IMG/VR virus record: IMGVR_UViG_3300046786_000059
Coordinates: 1-29,902 of that record
Length of the DNA stretch: 29,902 nucleotides
From: a virus
Taxonomy: Duplodnaviria; Caudoviricetes
Reading direction: 5' to 3' (one strand)
Position 1 is the first letter of the stretch, and each line of letters opens with the position of its first letter. A model generated the notes under the pieces. The model saw only the letters and a program-made list of their open reading frames with translations. It searched no databases and was not told the DNA's origin. This document shows, in pieces, positions 14,667-24,312 of this stretch. The position numbers were made by a program, and so were the translations under genes.

Positions 14667-16058
14667 ATGGGATTATTTGACTTCTTTAGCAAAAAGAAAG
14701 TAAACACTCTTTTACCTACATATCCTCTTGGTTCAACAGTAGCAATACAAAAAGGGATTGTAACTTGGCAGGGGCAAAATGCACAAGCGTATGTTCGTGA
14801 TGGCTACCAACAAAACGATATAGTTTATTCAATCATTAAACTTATTACAGATAAGGCTAAACTTGCTCCGTTTCATGTTTACAAGGTTGTAGATGAAACT
14901 GCTGCAAAAAGATACAAGTCTTTAATGAAGCAACCAGATAAGATTGAGAACTGGAACGAAGTAGAAAAATTACATAAGAAAGCATTTGAGATATATACTG
15001 GAGATGCAAGATTAAACGAACTATTAAAATACCCTAACGATGAAGATTGTTGGAGTGATTTGATTGAACAATGGTGCGGATTTAAGTTACTTACTGGTAA
15101 CTCTTTTATTTACTCTAAAATGATTGAAGGTGGAAATAATAATGGCAAACCTTTCGCATTATACGCATTACCAGCACAATATATGGCAATCATTGCCGAC
15201 ACTACAGTATTCCCTCCAACAAGAGTGGGTTACCAATTGTACTACGGAGAGATGTGGACTTTTGACACAAAGGAAATATTACACGACAAATTCTTTAACC
15301 CTGCTTGGAATGTAACTGGTAACGAGCTTTACGGACAATCTCCATTAATGGCAGCGGCAAGAACTTTAACTCGTTCTAACGAAGCTAAGACGGCTGCGGT
15401 TGCATCGTTCCAAAATGGTGGACCTTCTGGAGTATTGTTTATGAATGACGATAGATTTGATCCTACAAGCGGTACGCAACAAGCTCAGGCACTTAAAAAG
15501 GCTATTAGTGAGAAAGGCGGCTCTGCTAACTTTAATTCAATTGCGGTATCTGGTTATAAGGTTGATTGGAAGCAAATTGGTTTAAGTCCAGTTGAACTAA
15601 ACATCATTGAGAGTGAAAAGTGGGATATGAAATCGCTTTGTAACATTTACGGAGTGCCATCTCAATTACTAAACGATGCAGATAATAAGACTTACAATAA
15701 CCAACGAGAGGGCGAAAAAGCATTGACTTTGCGTTGTGCTATTCCTTTGTTAGATGCTATCACAGAGAACCTAAATAGAAAATTACATAGTGATTGGGGT
15801 TATAGAGGGACTAACATTTATGTAGGTTACGATATTCAAGTTTATCAAGAATTAGAAGCAAATAAGACGGAGCAAGTTGATTGGTTAGATAAGGCTTGGT
15901 GGATTCCTCCAGCACAAAAGTTAGAGATAATGGGTATTAAACCTGCTGAATATATACCAAGCGAAGAATTAGAGAAACTTTATGTTCCATCTAACTTGCA
16001 ACCTTTAGACCAATTCCAACCATTAACTATTCCAGACGGAATGAATAAAATATCTTAG
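14667..16058 (+). CDS. Portal protein, HK97 family
   Basis: LLKYPN, LLTGNSF, YGQSPL, FQNGGPSGVL and CNIYGVPSQLL motifs; follows terL. Confidence 0.93.
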   Translation: MGLFDFFSKKKVNTLLPTYPLGSTVAIQKGIVTWQGQNAQAYVRDGYQQNDIVYSIIKLITDKAKLAPFHVYKVVDETAAKRYKSLMKQPDKIENWNEVEKLHKKAFEIYTGDARLNELLKYPNDEDCWSDLIEQWCGFKLLTGNSFIYSKMIEGGNNNGKPFALYALPAQYMAIIADTTVFPPTRVGYQLYYGEMWTFDTKEILHDKFFNPAWNVTGNELYGQSPLMAAARTLTRSNEAKTAAVASFQNGGPSGVLFMNDDRFDPTSGTQQAQALKKAISEKGGSANFNSIAVSGYKVDWKQIGLSPVELNIIESEKWDMKSLCNIYGVPSQLLNDADNKTYNNQREGEKALTLRCAIPLLDAITENLNRKLHSDWGYRGTNIYVGYDIQVYQELEANKTEQVDWLDKAWWIPPAQKLEIMGIKPAEYIPSEELEKLYVPSNLQPLDQFQPLTIPDGMNKIS

Positions 16059-16059
16059 T

Positions 16060-16425
16060 ATGGCAACATTTGTAGAGTTTTTAAGTACACTATTAGACGC
16101 TAAAGAGCAAACTATTGTTTGGCACAATCAAACGATGAGTTACGCAGAGCATAAGGCTTTAGATAATTTTCAAGATGAGTTAAGCGAGTTATACGATGAT
16201 TTAGTTGAAAGCACAAGTGGTATTTACGGAAGACCTAAAAACTATTCCGTTGGAACTTTGCAGAACTATATAAGTAATGACCAATTAATGAAGTATTATA
16301 GGGGTCTTTACGATTATGTACAAAGCACAAGAAAAACTATCTATCAAGATACTTGGGTTCAAAATCAAATAGATGAGATTGCTGCACAAATTGGCAAATT
16401 GCTTTACCTATTAACTTTAAAATAA
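16060..16425 (+). CDS. Ferritin/Dps-like four-helix protein (DUF5856-like)
   Basis: HNQT..YAEHKALD.F.DEL..L.D.LVE and NQIDEI...LYLLTL patterns. Confidence 0.7.
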   Translation: MATFVEFLSTLLDAKEQTIVWHNQTMSYAEHKALDNFQDELSELYDDLVESTSGIYGRPKNYSVGTLQNYISNDQLMKYYRGLYDYVQSTRKTIYQDTWVQNQIDEIAAQIGKLLYLLTLK

Positions 16426-16805
16426 TGAAACACATTAACAAGTTCTTGTCTTTAGTACAAGAATTAAAATCTACAACTGGTATCAATAGAGAAGGTATTC
16501 AACAAGCCTTGCGTTTAGCAACAGACAAAGAGGTTATAAAGCCAAATTCTTGGGAAAGACCAAGTGCTGAACAAGAAAACCAATACATTATGAAAAATGG
16601 TATTGAAGAGTTTAGCAAATGGTTTTTAGGTGTTGATTCTAATGTTGATCCAAAAACTAAAGGACATTGGACTTACATTTATACAAGCGATTTTAAAAAT
16701 GTTGATAGAGCAGGATTGATAGCAATTAGACAAAGAGCAGGACAAAACGGAGAAACTGCAATATTTAACGCTGCTGGGAAAATACTAGATATAATAGACA
16801 AATAA
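16425..16805 (+). CDS. Hypothetical protein in head module
   Basis: Track ORF, TAATG-coupled on both sides. Confidence 0.7.
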   Translation: MKHINKFLSLVQELKSTTGINREGIQQALRLATDKEVIKPNSWERPSAEQENQYIMKNGIEEFSKWFLGVDSNVDPKTKGHWTYIYTSDFKNVDRAGLIAIRQRAGQNGETAIFNAAGKILDIIDK

Positions 16806-17707
16806 TGATTTGGCAAGAATATAGGAAGTTATATTTAAACGCACTTAAGACCTATTCGCCTAAGTTCAAAAAAGAACTACAAAAGCAAGTGGATACTTAT
16901 TGTCGTACGCAAGATTATGCTGCAATGAGTTCTAAAGGCATTGCGAAGACAATTAAGCAACTCCATGTCGCTTTGGGTACAAAGATGGCTAACGATACAA
17001 ATAAGTCCATTAAAAAGGCTACAAAAGGCTTTTACGAGCCATTTGAGGTTAAGATGAGCCAAAACGATATTTATGCCTATGTAATTCTTCAGTTCTTAGA
17101 AAGGCAAGGTGTTGGAGCAATAGCAGACGAAATCACGCAGACAACGGCTAATCAAATTGCTGCATACTTACAAAAAGGATTTGAAAATAACCTAACTATA
17201 CAAGAACTTATCCCAATGCTAAAACAAGCTGGGATAACTGACTTTAGAGCGGAGTTGATAGCAAGAACGGAAACTGGTCGTGCTGCTAACTTGGGTGCTA
17301 TGGTTGGAGCAACTGCAACTGGTTTAGTAACATTGAAGGAATGGATTTCGGCACAAGATGCAAGAACAAGAAGAATGCCGCCAAGCTATGCGGACCATTT
17401 AGTTATGGATGGAGTTAAAGTACCATTTGAAGAGCCGTTCAAAGTTCCAACAAGTCCTAAGGCAAAAGGAGGTACACACATAGGAAGTGTTGAATTAATG
17501 ATGCATCCGTGCGATAGTGGAGCAAGTGCGTCTAATGTATGTAATTGTCGTTGCACAGTTGCTTTTGAAGCACAAAGAGACGCAAACGGAAAACTAAAAA
17601 CATTTGACAACTACCCTCCAAAAGGCGACATTGGTTTCATTTGGGGTGTACTTGGAAATATAGCAGGAATGGAAATTGGTAAATTAATTGCAGACGCATT
17701 ACAATAA
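16805..17707 (+). CDS. Head morphogenesis protein (Mu gpF / SPP1 gp7 family)
   Basis: RAELIARTE, KEWISAQDARTR, H...DG and NCRC motifs. Confidence 0.88.
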   Translation: MIWQEYRKLYLNALKTYSPKFKKELQKQVDTYCRTQDYAAMSSKGIAKTIKQLHVALGTKMANDTNKSIKKATKGFYEPFEVKMSQNDIYAYVILQFLERQGVGAIADEITQTTANQIAAYLQKGFENNLTIQELIPMLKQAGITDFRAELIARTETGRAANLGAMVGATATGLVTLKEWISAQDARTRRMPPSYADHLVMDGVKVPFEEPFKVPTSPKAKGGTHIGSVELMMHPCDSGASASNVCNCRCTVAFEAQRDANGKLKTFDNYPPKGDIGFIWGVLGNIAGMEIGKLIADALQ

Positions 17708-17719
17708 GAAAAAAATTAA

Positions 17720-17727
17720 TAACTTTG
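17720..17727 (+). promoter_or_regulatory. -7 element TAACTTTG, 4 nt before ATG 17732
   Basis: Intergenic TAnnTTTG match. Confidence 0.6.
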
Positions 17728-17731
17728 GCTT

Positions 17732-18502
17732 ATGAGTAAAATTCAGTCAAAAGATGTGATTGTTGAAAAGCAAGACATCGGATATAACATAATGGATGTT
17801 GATAGTGAGCAACGCAGAGTAAAAGCGGTATGGGCAAGATGTGGTAACATAGACTTGGACAACGATATTATCGTGCCAGAAGCGTTTACAAAGACTATCA
17901 AAGAGAGAGGACCTGAAGGGAAAAACTTAGTTTGGTCTTTGGTTGACCATTGCTCTGACATGAACAATGTTATTGGTAAGCCTGAGAAACTTTATGTTGA
18001 GGGCGATATGCTTATTGCTATCACTCCAATCGTAAATACTGAGAAAGGAGAAGATATTATTGAATTATACGAAAGAGGTTTAATCAACCAACACTCAATT
18101 GGATTTAGCACAATTAAATCTAATGTAGATAAGAACGGAGTAAGAACAATTACTGAACTTAAGTTGTACGAAGGTTCAGCGGTTCTTTGGGGTGCTAACC
18201 CAGAAACTCCTACTTTAGGTTTTAAGTCTGAAGCTAAAGATGCAGACAAAAGACAAGAATTAAGCAATAGGCTTGAAAAACTCTTGAAAGCATTTAAGGG
18301 TGGTCGTTTCACAGACGATACCTTTAGCTTGATGGAGATAGAAATAAAGAGAATTCAAAGTGAATTACTGGAACTTGAAATCGTTAAAGAAATCACTCAA
18401 CCCGCATTAGCAGTTGAGCCGACAATTGAAGAGAAGAAGCCAGAAGTTAACGCTGAAGTCTTAAAAGCAATCAAGGAATTTAATAACTTATTTAAAAAGT
18501 AA
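17732..18502 (+). CDS. Prohead protease, HK97 family
   Basis: DIIVPEAF, LVDH, HSIGF and LYEGSAVLWGANP motifs. Confidence 0.92.
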   Translation: MSKIQSKDVIVEKQDIGYNIMDVDSEQRRVKAVWARCGNIDLDNDIIVPEAFTKTIKERGPEGKNLVWSLVDHCSDMNNVIGKPEKLYVEGDMLIAITPIVNTEKGEDIIELYERGLINQHSIGFSTIKSNVDKNGVRTITELKLYEGSAVLWGANPETPTLGFKSEAKDADKRQELSNRLEKLLKAFKGGRFTDDTFSLMEIEIKRIQSELLELEIVKEITQPALAVEPTIEEKKPEVNAEVLKAIKEFNNLFKK

Positions 18503-18504
18503 AA

Positions 18505-19599
18505 ATGGAAAATTTAGAATTAATTAATGAAATGGCAGAAAATGTAAAGGGCATCAAGTCTGATGTTTCTGCTCAAATCGAAGAAGTAAAAACTTCTATC
18601 AAAGTTGTTGCTGACGAAATGCAAAAGCAAATTGATGCACAAAATGTAGCTTCTAAGAAAGCTGCAAGTAAGCAAGTAAAGTTCATAGATGAAGCTATCA
18701 TGGAAAAATTAGATGGCAACATGGACATTATGGAAAAAGAAATGAAGTCTGGCGGTAAATTCCGTTTAGATTTATCTGATGTTAAGACAATGACTTTGTC
18801 TGGTTCTTTAACTGGAGATGCACAAGCTTCTTATGCTCCTAACGCTGCAATTTTACCAAGTCAAGCGGTAAACTTCCGTGACTTAATCCCAACAGTAAGA
18901 AGTGCAAGTGGTTTGTATGTATTCTATAAGGAAACTGCAACTACTAACAACATCGCTGCTCAAACTGAAGGTTCTGATAAAGGACAAAATAACTACGCTT
19001 TAAGTGAAGTTAAAGTAGTAAACGACTACATCGCTGGTTTCTCTACTTTCTCTAAGCAAATGGCTAAGTCTTTACCTTTCTTAAGCACAACTTTACCAAG
19101 AATGTTAACAAGAGATTTCTACAAAGCTGAGAACTCTGCATTCTACACAACTGTAAGTGGTGCTGCAACTGGTTCTACTACAACTGCGGAAACAACTGAT
19201 TTAAAGCAATTAGTTGATTACATCGGTAACCAAAAGGCTGCTAACTATGTTGCTTCTTTTGCGGTAGTATCTCCAACTCAAATGGGCCGTTTATTGAAAG
19301 ACACAATCACTCAAGGTTACTATGCTGGTTCTGGTTCAGTAGTTGTAAACCCTAATGGTGGAATCACAATCTGGGGTGTACCAGTAATCGCTGCTTCTTG
19401 GGTAGCTGATGACAAGGTGTTAATCTTAGATAACAACTATTGTGAGCGTGTTGAAGTTGAAGGTTTAGCAATCGAATTCTCTTATGAGAACGCTTCTAAC
19501 TTCCAACAAAACTTAGTAACTGCTCGTATCGAGTGTTACGAAGATGTAAACTTAATGCAAACTGGTTCTGCTATTTTCGCAGATTTCGGTAATGTATAA
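18505..19599 (+). CDS. Major capsid protein, HK97 fold, with N-terminal coiled-coil (delta-like) domain
   Basis: Size, position, and the EGSDK, IWGVPV and FQQNLVTARIE motifs. Confidence 0.92.
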   Translation: MENLELINEMAENVKGIKSDVSAQIEEVKTSIKVVADEMQKQIDAQNVASKKAASKQVKFIDEAIMEKLDGNMDIMEKEMKSGGKFRLDLSDVKTMTLSGSLTGDAQASYAPNAAILPSQAVNFRDLIPTVRSASGLYVFYKETATTNNIAAQTEGSDKGQNNYALSEVKVVNDYIAGFSTFSKQMAKSLPFLSTTLPRMLTRDFYKAENSAFYTTVSGAATGSTTTAETTDLKQLVDYIGNQKAANYVASFAVVSPTQMGRLLKDTITQGYYAGSGSVVVNPNGGITIWGVPVIAASWVADDKVLILDNNYCERVEVEGLAIEFSYENASNFQQNLVTARIECYEDVNLMQTGSAIFADFGNV

Positions 19600-19621
19600 T
19601 TTATACCTATCTAAAAAAAAG

Positions 19622-19649
19622 AACCCTGCCTTAATCGGTGGGGTTTTTT
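19622..19649 (+). terminator. Intrinsic terminator after the capsid gene
   Basis: AACCCTGCC-TTAATC-GGTGGGGTT stem with two G-U pairs and a T-run; also preceded by an A-run. Confidence 0.8.
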
Positions 19650-19662
19650 ATTATAATTAATG

Positions 19663-19670
19663 TAAATTTG
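19663..19670 (+). promoter_or_regulatory. -7 element TAAATTTG upstream of the neck/tail genes
   Basis: Lies between the terminator and ATG 19684. Confidence 0.6.
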
Positions 19671-19683
19671 TAAAAAAGGGAAT

Positions 19684-20214
19684 ATGTATAATTACATAAT
19701 AGACTATACTCAAGTAGATTTAGGAACAATCACAGAGCCAGTTACAGTTGCAGAGGCAAAGCAATATTGCCGTGTTGACAATAGCGTGGAAGATGATTTA
19801 TTTGAAGAATTAATCACGCAATCAAGACAAGCGGTTGAGAAAGCAGCTAACATAAGCATAACTCCTAAGACAGTTACTTTGTGGTTTACTAATCTTGCTG
19901 GAGGCTACGAACTTCCCTTTGGACCAGTAACATCATTTACAAGCCTTACAGATCAAAATGGTAATGTAGTTCCAAGTAATGTATATAAATTGATAGGCGG
20001 ACCAAATCCAAGCCTTGCATGGCCCTTATATGCTAATATGACGGCAGTTTATACAACTGGTATGACAAGCGTTCCTAAAGAGCTTAAAATAGCTATTTTA
20101 GACCAAATTAACTACGGCTACGAAAATCGTGGAATGGATGTTGACGATATGGGTATTTGTGAAAAGACTTGGAGAGTTTGTCAAAGATGGACAAGATTAA
20201 GCCCAATTTTATAA
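19684..20214 (+). CDS. Head-tail connector (HK97 gp6 / SPP1 gp15-like)
   Basis: EPVTVAEAKQYCRVD...EDDL and VPKELKIAIL...YENRG. Confidence 0.88.
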   Translation: MYNYIIDYTQVDLGTITEPVTVAEAKQYCRVDNSVEDDLFEELITQSRQAVEKAANISITPKTVTLWFTNLAGGYELPFGPVTSFTSLTDQNGNVVPSNVYKLIGGPNPSLAWPLYANMTAVYTTGMTSVPKELKIAILDQINYGYENRGMDVDDMGICEKTWRVCQRWTRLSPIL

Positions 20215-20215
20215 A

Positions 20216-20557
20216 ATGAGAATAGGACTACATAAAGACAACTATGTTGATGCTAACTCAATGACGAGGTTAGTTGATGTTTACCAACCAACGCAGACAA
20301 GCGATGGACAAGGTGGATATTCTACAACATTTACTAAAGTGGCAACAGTATGGGGTGATTATAGACCACAACCACAAAATAGAGCAATTCAAGAAAGCCA
20401 ATTAAGTTTTAACAGATATGCTAAATTGTTTATTCGTTATGACTTGACAATAACTGACACTTACCAATTTGAGGTTGAAGGTCAACGCTTTACGATACAT
20501 TCTATTAAGGATGTAGATAATGCTCACAGATTTTGGGAAATTGAAATGTACGCATAA
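20216..20557 (+). CDS. Head closure / head-tail adaptor (SPP1 gp16-like)
   Basis: DGQGG...VATVWG, IRY and FTIHSI motifs; synteny. Confidence 0.85.
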   Translation: MRIGLHKDNYVDANSMTRLVDVYQPTQTSDGQGGYSTTFTKVATVWGDYRPQPQNRAIQESQLSFNRYAKLFIRYDLTITDTYQFEVEGQRFTIHSIKDVDNAHRFWEIEMYA

Positions 20558-21081
20558 TGGGTTTTTCAGTAAACTTACAAGGTATTAAAGAAGTCCAAGA
20601 AGCACTTAAAAACATAGATGTATCAGTTAAAAAAGATGTATCAAATGAAATTAATGCTTCAGCTTTAAAAATTCAAAACGATGCTAAAAGACTTGCTCCA
20701 GTTAATTTTGGACAATTAAGAAATGGCATCCAATTAGAAAAAGTTTCTGATCTAACATTTTCAGTTGAATCTAAGGCAAGTTATAGTCCTTATGTAGAGT
20801 TTGGAACTGGCGGAAGAGTTAGCGTACCAGCTGACTTTCAAGCCTACGCACAAACCTTTAAAGGTGGCAAAGGCGGTAAGTTTAAGGATTTTGTAGCTGC
20901 ATTAACTTTGTGGGTAAAAAGGAAAGGAATAGGCAATGGTAAGAATGATAAAGGATTGGCTTATGTAATTGCATTAAACATATTGCGTAAAGGCTTAAGA
21001 CCTCAACCATTTTTAATACCTGCCTACGAAAAAGAAAAACCACAATTAATTAAAAGAATAAAAGACTTATTAAATGCTTAA
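20557..21081 (+). CDS. HK97 gp10-like tail/neck protein
   Basis: AKRLAPVNFGQLR, YSPYVEFGT and PQPFLIPA motifs. Confidence 0.85.
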   Translation: MGFSVNLQGIKEVQEALKNIDVSVKKDVSNEINASALKIQNDAKRLAPVNFGQLRNGIQLEKVSDLTFSVESKASYSPYVEFGTGGRVSVPADFQAYAQTFKGGKGGKFKDFVAALTLWVKRKGIGNGKNDKGLAYVIALNILRKGLRPQPFLIPAYEKEKPQLIKRIKDLLNA

Positions 21082-21481
21082 TCCTAATATAGAAATAAAG
21101 AAATGGTTTTATACAAACCTAACGAGTGCATCTGGATTACTTGTTTATGATGGTATTGCTCCAGATAACGCAGGGAACGAATATATAATAATGGATGGCA
21201 GAACTTCAAGCCAAGAACAAGGCAAAGCAGGTTACACAAACTCTATTAGTATAGATGTTGACATTGTTACAAAAAATGCTAACTTTGGCTATAAACGAGC
21301 CGAAGAAATTAGCAATTTGGTTTTAACTGCTATAAATTCAGATACGGACATAACATTGGCGAACGGATTTTATAGTTCAACGCTATATGTTCAAAGTATC
21401 AGAAACTTAGATGGATTAAATCCGATTGATAATGTCTTTAGAACAATTATAACATATAACATAACAATAACTCAAAATTAA
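21074..21481 (+). CDS. Tail terminator (DUF3168-like)
   Basis: VYD..P...YI motif; position before the tail tube gene. Confidence 0.75.
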   Translation: MLNPNIEIKKWFYTNLTSASGLLVYDGIAPDNAGNEYIIMDGRTSSQEQGKAGYTNSISIDVDIVTKNANFGYKRAEEISNLVLTAINSDTDITLANGFYSSTLYVQSIRNLDGLNPIDNVFRTIITYNITITQN

Positions 21482-21486
21482 ATAAA

Positions 21487-21927
21487 ATGGCAGAAACTAA
21501 AGTATCAGCAAGGGATTACATCCTATTAGCGGACATAGACGGAGACGGAACTTTTAAACCAGTTGCTTGTCTTACATCTAACTCATTAACATCAACTTTA
21601 AATGTAATTGATGCAACTTCAAAATGTGGAGACCAATTCCAAGCAGGTCCTTCATTCACACAATCTTTTAGAGCTGAAGGTTTTGCAATTGACGAAACTG
21701 GAACTCCTGCAAAAGATAGCTACCAACAATTATATGCTGCACACGCTGCAAGAACTCAATTCGCTATGAAGATGGGTAAGGCAAGTCCTGCGGCGGGAGA
21801 TATTACTTATAGTGGTCAAGTGTTTATCTCTGCTTTTGATGTAAATGCAGCTGATAAAGATGATGTTAAATTTACTGCGACTTTCACAGTAGCTTTACCT
21901 CCATTAACTCAAACTGAACAAGCATAA
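21487..21927 (+). CDS. Major tail tube protein
   Basis: IDATSK, YSGQVFIS and VKFTATF motifs; synteny. Confidence 0.85.
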   Translation: MAETKVSARDYILLADIDGDGTFKPVACLTSNSLTSTLNVIDATSKCGDQFQAGPSFTQSFRAEGFAIDETGTPAKDSYQQLYAAHAARTQFAMKMGKASPAAGDITYSGQVFISAFDVNAADKDDVKFTATFTVALPPLTQTEQA

Positions 21928-21945
21928 TAAAAACCAAAACAAACA

Positions 21946-22323
21946 ATGTTTGAACTAAAACTAAACAACAACAACACAATCAAATTAAAATGGGGAACTT
22001 GGGCGATGCGAGAATTTTGCAACGCAAAAGGTATAACCATTGACAAGTATTTTGATTTATTAAGCAAATCGCACTACGACTTAGACAATATTGTTAAGTT
22101 AGTACACATAGGATATATGGCGGCTTGTGTTAGTAATAAAGAAGAAATCATTTTCACAGAGAATGACGCTTGTGATTGGATTGACGAATTAGGCTCAATT
22201 TTCGTATCTGAAGGTCCATTGGTTGATTATATAAAATATATAGTTAATACAACAATTGTTTCTGTACAAGGTAAACCTAAAGAAGAAGAAAAAAAAAAGT
22301 CTAATAAAGCTAAATTGGGATGA
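21946..22323 (+). CDS. Tail assembly chaperone (G-like)
   Basis: Lies between tail tube and tape measure genes and has an A10 run near its 3' end. Confidence 0.8.
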   Translation: MFELKLNNNNTIKLKWGTWAMREFCNAKGITIDKYFDLLSKSHYDLDNIVKLVHIGYMAACVSNKEEIIFTENDACDWIDELGSIFVSEGPLVDYIKYIVNTTIVSVQGKPKEEEKKKSNKAKLG

Positions 22324-22621
22324 TATTTTAGTTAAGGCTGCTGAATGTAATATACGCCCAAGCGAGTTTTGGGAGATGACTTGGAAGGACTTTTCTATAA
22401 TTGTAATGGGAAAGGAACGACAAGAATTAAACGAATGGGCGAGGACACGAAACCTCGCCTATATTGTATATTTAAGTAGCACTTCTGAACAATCGCCAAA
22501 AAGCATAAAATCATTCTGGCATATACCAGAACTTGATAATATTGAGGAAGAGGAAGAGAAAGTAATGCTAACTGATGACCAATTAGCAAGGACTTTAAAA
22601 ATGTACGGAGTAAACAATTAA
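22256..22621 (+). CDS. Tail assembly chaperone extension (T-like), probably expressed as a G-T fusion via the A10 run at 22289-22298
   Basis: The IRPSEFWEMTWKDF motif begins upstream of the first in-frame ATG (22376). The frame is +1 relative to G. Confidence 0.7.
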   Translation: MFLYKVNLKKKKKKSLIKLNWDDILVKAAECNIRPSEFWEMTWKDFSIIVMGKERQELNEWARTRNLAYIVYLSSTSEQSPKSIKSFWHIPELDNIEEEEEKVMLTDDQLARTLKMYGVNN

Positions 22622-22623
22622 AG

Positions 22624-24312
22624 ATGGCACAAGAAACGCTAAAAATAACCATTACCGCCGACAATAAGGAAGCGGTTACCAATATTCAGCAGACAATAAC
22701 TGCTACCAACAATTTAGGTACTGCGTTAAATAAACTGCCAAGTGCAAGTGGAGCGGCTACTCAATCTTTAGTAAACTTATCAAGAGTAGCACAAGATGCT
22801 CCTTATGGTTTCATTGGTATTGCCAACAACATTAACCCATTATTAGAATCATTTCAAAGATTAAGTGAACAATCAAAAAAAGCTGGAACTTCACTATCTA
22901 AAGAATTAGTTGGTGCTTTAACTGGTCCTGCTGGTTTGGGTTTAGCAGTTGGTGCAGTTTCTTCTTTACTTGTAGTTTTTGGAGATGATATTCAAAATTT
23001 TATTACAGATAAATTAACTGGATTAGGAGAGGCTTTTAATAAAGAAAGCGATTTGCTAAAAAAGGGTTCAGATGCATATGTTAAGGCTTCAACTGATATA
23101 AATAAACTAAAAGATAGTTTTAACGACTATCAAAATGGATTAATAACTAAAGATAAATTCCTTAAAGAATTTAACTCAACTTTAGGTGACACAATTTCAA
23201 AAACTGAAGATTTAGCTACTGCAGAAAAGTTTTTAACTGATTATGCTGATACTTATGTTCAAATGACTTTTAAAAAGTCAGTAGCAAATTTAGCAGCAGC
23301 GGAAGCAGCAAAGAAACAAATTGAATTAGAGTTATTAAAAAATAAGCCAATAACTCCTTCAACTGGTTCAGCATTAGCGGCAATATTTGGTAATCCAGCT
23401 TTAATTGGTATTTCTGCTGCTGAATCAAAAGTTGCTTTACAAAATGGATTAAATGACCAAATTGCATTATTTGAATCAATAAGAAAAAAATATGAAGAAG
23501 AAGCTAATAAAATTCAAGCTTCATTAACAAAGGTTTTTGGTGCTGCGGATATAAATAGACCTGATTTAAAACCTAAGCGTTCAAAATTAAAATTAGATCA
23601 ACCTGTTTTATGGGATTGGGATATTGAAAAAGAAATTAAAGAACAAGATAAAAAACTTGGATTATATCAAAATGATAAAAATTTAATTTCAATACTTGGT
23701 AAAGAATTTGGGATTGGAAATGAAAAATCTCAAAGCAAAGCATCATTTGAAAATGGGAAAAAAGAATTAGATGAGTTTTTTAAAAAGAATGAAGAAAACT
23801 TTAAAAAAGCAGAACAACAAGCTAAACAATTTGCAAATACATTAGCTAATACAACTACTAATGCAATTAGAGGAATGTGGGAAGCAATGAAAAGAGGAGA
23901 AAGTGTATTAGATGCTTTAGGAAATGCATTTTTAAAATTAGCTGAAGATATTGCATTTGCTATTTTAAAAGCTGAAATATTAAAATCATTAGAAGTTGCT
24001 TTAAATATAGGTACTGCAGGAGCTGGAGGTGGAGCTGGAGGAATTTTATCTTTATTAGCTAAAGTATTAGGTGGTGGTATGGCTGAAGGTGGTGTTGTAA
24101 CTGGTCCTACATTAACAATGGTTGGAGAAGGAAACGAAAGCGAGGCAGTAATGCCATTAAGCAAATTAAGCGGAATGCTTAACACAACTTTTAATGCAGG
24201 TGCTATGCGTTCAACTGGTTCAAATGGTGGACAATTTGTACTTAAAGGAAGCGATTTAGTTTTAGCTTTACAAAGGTCAAACACTAACTTAAATCTTAGA
24301 AGAGGAGTATAA
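22624..24312 (+). CDS. Tape measure protein
   Basis: LKITITADN start, QDAPYG..GIANN motif, Ala/Leu/Lys-rich helical body, and C-terminal MAEGGVVTGPT..MVGE...EAVMPL. Confidence 0.9.
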   Translation: MAQETLKITITADNKEAVTNIQQTITATNNLGTALNKLPSASGAATQSLVNLSRVAQDAPYGFIGIANNINPLLESFQRLSEQSKKAGTSLSKELVGALTGPAGLGLAVGAVSSLLVVFGDDIQNFITDKLTGLGEAFNKESDLLKKGSDAYVKASTDINKLKDSFNDYQNGLITKDKFLKEFNSTLGDTISKTEDLATAEKFLTDYADTYVQMTFKKSVANLAAAEAAKKQIELELLKNKPITPSTGSALAAIFGNPALIGISAAESKVALQNGLNDQIALFESIRKKYEEEANKIQASLTKVFGAADINRPDLKPKRSKLKLDQPVLWDWDIEKEIKEQDKKLGLYQNDKNLISILGKEFGIGNEKSQSKASFENGKKELDEFFKKNEENFKKAEQQAKQFANTLANTTTNAIRGMWEAMKRGESVLDALGNAFLKLAEDIAFAILKAEILKSLEVALNIGTAGAGGGAGGILSLLAKVLGGGMAEGGVVTGPTLTMVGEGNESEAVMPLSKLSGMLNTTFNAGAMRSTGSNGGQFVLKGSDLVLALQRSNTNLNLRRGV

